Under the pieces are notes generated by a model. That model did not search any database, was not told the origin of the DNA, and saw only the letters and a program-made list of their open reading frames with translations. From the NCBI GenBank assembly GCA_050950285.1, contig JBMNHG010000002.1, positions 740,654-760,653 of the forward strand: DNA of 20,000 bases. Direction: 5' to 3'. Origin of the DNA: Kiritimatiellia bacterium (GTDB lineage Bacteria > Verrucomicrobiota > Kiritimatiellia > RFP12 > JBMNHG01). The stretch's first letter is position 1. Every line of letters begins with the position of its first letter. Below, piece after piece: positions 15,960 to 20,000 of the stretch. Both the position numbers and the translations under genes were made by a program.

Positions 15960-15983
15960 GGAAGACGGTATGCCGACCCGGTC

Positions 15984-16013
15984 AATGTAGGGCAAGAGGC
16001 CTTCCTTCGGCAA
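15984..16013 (-). promoter_or_regulatory. Putative sigma70 promoter for the DUF4159-like gene
   Basis: TTGCCG (16013-16008), 18 nt, TACATT (15989-15984). Confidence 0.45.
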
Positions 16014-16073
16014 GCATGAACCATGCCCGTCTCTCCGCAGGGCCACGACGAACCGGCCGGATTTGGAATCGTA

Positions 16074-16102
16074 TTGAACGGCCTTGGGATTTCGCCTACA
16101 CT
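16074..16102 (+). promoter_or_regulatory. Putative sigma70 promoter for the GH63-like gene
   Basis: TTGAAC (16074-16079), 17 nt, TACACT (16097-16102); ATG begins 8 nt after the -10. Confidence 0.6.
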
Positions 16103-16110
16103 GTCCAACC

Positions 16111-17397
16111 ATGAATCCCGCCGACTATTCCCGTTATTGCGGCATCATCCTCGACCACCTCGCCCGATTCTACCCCACCATGCGCCACGAGGCGGCGGGG
16201 GGTGTGTTCCGGCGTCCATTCATCGTGGCCGGCGGGGGATACGAACACTGCCTGTGGGACTGGGACAGCTTCTTCGCCTCCGTCTCCCTCTTCTGCCTGA
16301 TGCGGCAGACCAACGCCCCCGCCGCCACGCGGGACGCGATGGTCGAGGCCATGCGCGGCAACATCCTGAACTTCCTCGACCTCCAGCTTCCCTCCGGCGC
16401 GATTCCCCCCTCGTTCTATCCCGGCTCCGACGGCTTCTACGAAGAGGCCGTGGAGAAGTGGGAGCCGAACGTCCACAAGCCCGTCCTCGCGCAGTTCGTG
16501 GAACTCGTCTCCGAGCAGACCGACGGCGACTACGCCTGGATCCGCGATCGGCTGCCCGACATCGCCCGCCTCCACGCGCACTACGACGATCGCTACTTCC
16601 ACCCGGCCACCGGGCTCTACTTCTGGCGCAGCGGCGCGGTCATCGGGGTGGACAACGACCCCTGCACCTTCGGCCGTCCCAAGTGCTCCTCCGCGAGCGT
16701 CTATTTGAACTGCCTCATGGCGAAGGAATTTTCCGCCATGGCCCGCGTGATGGAGCGCACGGGCGATTCCGCCGCGGCGGGCCGCTACCTCGCCAAGCGC
16801 GCCGCCCTCGACGAGGCCGTGCGCCGCCATTGCTGGGACCGCCGCGACCGCTTCTTCTACAGCGCCGACCTCCTGTGCGAAACCGAACGCGACATCCCCT
16901 GGCTCAACACCGGCCTCGGCGTCTTCTGGCCTTGCCTGCCCATGCGCATCCGCCTCTGGACCGGGTTCATGCCCATGTGGGCCGGCATCGCCACCCCGGA
17001 ACAGGCCGGCGACCTCGTGCGCCTGCACCTCGACGACCGCGACGCCCTCGGCTGCGACTACGGCATCCGGACCCTCGCCGCCAACGAACCCATGTACAAC
17101 GTGGAAGCGACGAGCAACCCCTCCAACTGGCTCGGCCCCGTTTGGATGATCCCCAACTACATGGTCTTCCAGGGACTCGTCGACTACGGCTTCGGCGCCG
17201 AAGCCGCCGCCTTCCGCGAGAAGGTCGTGCTGCTCCTCGGCCGCGACATCGAGGCCAACGGCGGCATGCACGAATACTACGTGCCCGAAACCGGCGTCGG
17301 CGTGATGAACCTTGGATTCATGAACTGGAACTATCTGGTCGCGAACATGATCGAGACCGACTGCGCCGCCGCGACCGCGCAGGGAGAGACGAAATGA
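16111..17397 (+). CDS. (alpha/alpha)6 glycoside hydrolase, GH63/MGH1-like or trehalase-like, cytoplasmic (428 aa)
   Basis: LWDWDSFF, HKPVLAQ, GVDNDP, YGIRTL, NWLGPVW, MHEYYVPETG, FMNWN; no signal peptide. Confidence 0.82.
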   Translation: MNPADYSRYCGIILDHLARFYPTMRHEAAGGVFRRPFIVAGGGYEHCLWDWDSFFASVSLFCLMRQTNAPAATRDAMVEAMRGNILNFLDLQLPSGAIPPSFYPGSDGFYEEAVEKWEPNVHKPVLAQFVELVSEQTDGDYAWIRDRLPDIARLHAHYDDRYFHPATGLYFWRSGAVIGVDNDPCTFGRPKCSSASVYLNCLMAKEFSAMARVMERTGDSAAAGRYLAKRAALDEAVRRHCWDRRDRFFYSADLLCETERDIPWLNTGLGVFWPCLPMRIRLWTGFMPMWAGIATPEQAGDLVRLHLDDRDALGCDYGIRTLAANEPMYNVEATSNPSNWLGPVWMIPNYMVFQGLVDYGFGAEAAAFREKVVLLLGRDIEANGGMHEYYVPETGVGVMNLGFMNWNYLVANMIETDCAAATAQGETK

Positions 17398-18758
17398 TGA
17401 CCCTTCCGGACAAGGAGCGGCTCGAGCGCCGCCTCAACTCCTTCGATTCCGCCACCCGGCGCGACGCCCTCGCCGCCCTGGCCGCCTTCAACGAGTCGGC
17501 CCTGCCGGCGCCCGGCGGCAACGTCAACCTCCATTGCCACTCCTTCTTCTCGTACAACGCCTTCGGATGGTCCCCCAGCCGCCTGGCCTGGGAAGCCCGC
17601 AAACGCGGCTTCCGCGCCTGCGGCCTCTGCGACTTCGACGTGCTGGACGGCATGGACGAATTCCTCGCCGCCGGCCATGTGCTGGGGCTCCGCACGTGCG
17701 TCCACCTCGAAACGCGCGCCTACGTGGCCGAGCAGGCCGCGGACGACATCAACTCCCCCGGCGAACCCGGCGTCACCTACATCATGGGCGGCGGCTTCAC
17801 CTCGCTCCCCGAGCCCGGCTCCGCCCAGGCCACCTTCCTGGAAAGCCTCCGGCAGGGCGCGCGCGACCGGAACGAGGCGCTGATCTCCCGCATCAACACG
17901 GCCCTCCCGCAAATCGCCCTCGACTACGAAAAGGACATTCTCCCGCGCACCCCCAAGGGCGTCGCCACCGAACGCCACATCGTCGCCGCCTATGTGGACA
18001 AGGCCGTCGCCGTCTTCCCGGACCCCGCCTTCCGCACCGCCTTCTGGGAGCCGCTCGTGAAGAAGGACTCCGCCGAAGCCATGGCGACCGAAGCCTCGGA
18101 CCGTCCCACCTTCGAGGAATGGGCCCGTGCCGCCCTCTCCAAGCGCGGCGGCATCGGCTACGTCCCGCCCACCTCGTCCACCTTCCCGCCCGTCGACGAC
18201 TTCATCGCGTGGGTCCGCGCCTGCGACGCCATCCCGCTGGTGACCTGGCTCGACGGCACCCGCCCCGGCGAAGCCTCCGCCGACGCCCTGCTCGATTTGA
18301 TGACCGCCAAGGGCTGCGCCGGCGTGAACATCATCCCCGACCGCAACTGGAACTTCTCCGATCCCGCCAAGGCCGGGAAGATGGCCGCCAACCTCGACGC
18401 CATGGTGAAGGCCGCCGACGCCCGCGGCCTCCCCATCGTCATCGGCACCGAAATGAACAAGCTCGGCCTCCCCATCGTGGACGACCTCGACGGCCCCGTG
18501 CTCTCGAAGTATCGCGAAAGCTTCCTGCGCGGCGCCGACATCCTCGTCGGCCATACCCTCCTCTCACGGGTCGCGGCGATGCCGTACCTCGGAGGAAAGG
18601 CCGCCGACGCCTTCCCGTCCGTGAAGGACCGCAACGACTTCTTCGCCGCCGTGGGCGCCCTGCCACCCGTCACCGAAGAACTCTTCGAAAGCCTCCTCGA
18701 CATCGGTCCGGAACGCGCCTTCACCCGGCTTGCCGACGCCGTCCGCGCCCGCGCCTGA
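17394..18758 (+). CDS. Divergent PHP-domain (metal-dependent phosphoesterase-like) protein, 454 aa
   Basis: VNLHCHSFFS...SPSRLAWEA...GLCDFDVLDG...HLE, R...RN motif, TERHI. ATGA overlap with the GH stop; GGGAG upstream. Confidence 0.72.
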   Translation: MMTLPDKERLERRLNSFDSATRRDALAALAAFNESALPAPGGNVNLHCHSFFSYNAFGWSPSRLAWEARKRGFRACGLCDFDVLDGMDEFLAAGHVLGLRTCVHLETRAYVAEQAADDINSPGEPGVTYIMGGGFTSLPEPGSAQATFLESLRQGARDRNEALISRINTALPQIALDYEKDILPRTPKGVATERHIVAAYVDKAVAVFPDPAFRTAFWEPLVKKDSAEAMATEASDRPTFEEWARAALSKRGGIGYVPPTSSTFPPVDDFIAWVRACDAIPLVTWLDGTRPGEASADALLDLMTAKGCAGVNIIPDRNWNFSDPAKAGKMAANLDAMVKAADARGLPIVIGTEMNKLGLPIVDDLDGPVLSKYRESFLRGADILVGHTLLSRVAAMPYLGGKAADAFPSVKDRNDFFAAVGALPPVTEELFESLLDIGPERAFTRLADAVRARA

Positions 18759-18798
18759 CCCCACCCGCAAGGGACACCCGTCACACACGAGCCCCATC

Positions 18799-19620
18799 AT
18801 GCACCTCGAAGAACGCAAGTATCGCCAGTTCCTGCCGGAGTCGCGGCGGATCGTCGTCAAAGTCGGGACGCGCGTCATCGCGCAACCGTCCGGACGCCCC
18901 GTCACCCGCCTGATGGATGGCCTCGCCCGCCAGATTGCCGACCTCCGCCGGAAAGGCTACGAAGTGGTGCTGGTAACCTCCGGCGCCATCGGCGCAGGCA
19001 TGGATTCGCTCGGCATCGCGAAACGCCCCACCGACGTGCCCGACCTGCAGATGTGCGCCGCCGTGGGCCAGGCGCGGCTCATGGCCACCTACGAGCAGCT
19101 CTTCAAGGCCCACCACATCAAGGTCGGCCAGGTGTTGCTCACCCATGCGGACTTCAAGCACCGCATCCGGTTCGCCAACGCGCGCCGCACCCTCGAGAAC
19201 CTCCTCCGCCACGGCGTGCTGCCCATCGTGAACGAGAACGACGTCGTCGCGGACGAGGAGGTCAAAGCCTCGCTCTCGCTGGGCGACAACGACCACCTCG
19301 CCGCGCTCGTCGTGAAGATGGTCCGCGCCGACCTGCTCGTGATGCTCACCACCGTGGACGGCGTGCTCGCCCCCGCCGCCGGCAACCGCCATCGCCGCAT
19401 CCCGTACATCGAGTCGCTGACCCCGGAGATCCTCAAGCTCGTGAACCCCTCCTCCGGCGGCATCTCGAAAGGCGGCATGGACTCCAAGCTCCAGGCCGCC
19501 AAGATCGCCTCCCGCGCCGGTTGCAGCGTCCTCATCGCAAACGGCCGCACGCCGGGCATCCTGCAAAAGGCCGTCGCCGGCGAAGACGTCGGCACGCTCT
19601 TCCTCGCCAACATCCTCTAG
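18799..19620 (+). CDS. proB: Glutamate 5-kinase (no PUA domain), 273 aa
   Basis: RIVVKVGT, LVTSGAIGAG, AAVGQARL, GQVLLT, PIVNEND, GDNDHLAA, GGMDSKLQAA, GEDVGTLF. Confidence 0.95.
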   Translation: MHLEERKYRQFLPESRRIVVKVGTRVIAQPSGRPVTRLMDGLARQIADLRRKGYEVVLVTSGAIGAGMDSLGIAKRPTDVPDLQMCAAVGQARLMATYEQLFKAHHIKVGQVLLTHADFKHRIRFANARRTLENLLRHGVLPIVNENDVVADEEVKASLSLGDNDHLAALVVKMVRADLLVMLTTVDGVLAPAAGNRHRRIPYIESLTPEILKLVNPSSGGISKGGMDSKLQAAKIASRAGCSVLIANGRTPGILQKAVAGEDVGTLFLANIL

Positions 19621-19644
19621 TCCATCCTTCCCCGTGGAGTCCCC

Positions 19645-20000
19645 ATGGCGGTCTCTGTCAGCATCAACCATCTCATCAAAGACTTCGGCGACTTCCGCGC
19701 CGTGAACGACGTCTGCCTGGACATCCGGCCGGGCGAAATCTTCTTCCTGCTCGGCCCTAGCGGCTGCGGGAAGACGACGCTCCTCCGTTGCGTCGCCGGC
19801 TTCCACGCGCCCGACGGCGGCACCATCGCCTTCGACGGGCGCGACATCACCCAGACGCCGCCCCACCAGCGCGACACGGGCATGGTCTTCCAAAGCTACG
19901 CGCTGTGGCCCCACATGACCATCGCCCAGAACGTGGCCTTCGGCCTCGAAATGCGCAAAGTGCCACGCGACGAGATCCGCCGCCGCGTGAAGACCGTCCT
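19645..20000 (+). CDS. ABC transporter ATP-binding subunit, PotA/FbpC-like (5' part only)
   Basis: Hand translation MAVSVSINHLIKDFGDFRAVNDVCLDIRPGEIFFLLGPSGCGKTTLLR...GMVFQSYALWPHMTIAQNVAFGL shows Walker A and Q-loop. GGAG SD at 19636-19639. Confidence 0.93.
   Translation, partial: MAVSVSINHLIKDFGDFRAVNDVCLDIRPGEIFFLLGPSGCGKTTLLRCVAGFHAPDGGTIAFDGRDITQTPPHQRDTGMVFQSYALWPHMTIAQNVAFGLEMRKVPRDEIRRRVKTV

Noticed and set aside
16023..17393. N-terminal half of the 911-aa ORF as a fusion to the PHP protein
   Set aside because: Off-frame overlap with the GH63-like gene, Arg/Pro-rich; the PHP start at 17394 overlaps the GH stop and has an upstream GGGAG.
1..20000. CRISPR arrays, tRNA/rRNA genes, transposases or known defence genes
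   Set aside because: None recognised by eye; the window is almost fully occupied by assignable CDSs with short gaps. Small ncRNAs cannot be excluded without an Infernal/Rfam search.

Overview
High-GC bacterial chromosomal window; the gene set (XylR-type regulator, PF12831-type oxidoreductase, DUF4159, large secreted glycanase) suggests a PVC-group/Kiritimatiellota-like organism, which is inference only. From left to right: (1) an apparently less GC-rich minus-strand accessory block (1-2550) with an exported protein, a PEGA-like lipoprotein, an XylR-type (sugar-binding + AraC HTH) regulator and a small membrane protein; (2) a minus-strand run nifU(2-domain)-nifS-FAD oxidoreductase-dapA-dapB-SGNH/DUF4886; (3) a divergent plus-strand run of an NfnB/SudA-like flavoprotein, a GT2 glycosyltransferase and a phosphoribosyltransferase, ending at a strong bidirectional terminator; (4) a minus-strand DUF4159-like gene, upp and a 992-aa secreted clan GH-A-like protein; (5) a plus-strand GH63-like hydrolase, a divergent PHP protein, proB without PUA, and a partial ABC ATPase. 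The most notable signals are in block 1. The regulator gene carries an in-frame G15 homopolymer (candidate phase-variation switch). It is also flanked by two homologous ~39-bp elements (31/39 identical by hand count), each at the same distance upstream of a TAnnnT -10 box, as expected for activator-dependent promoters driving envelope genes. No rRNA, tRNA, CRISPR array or transposase was recognised.
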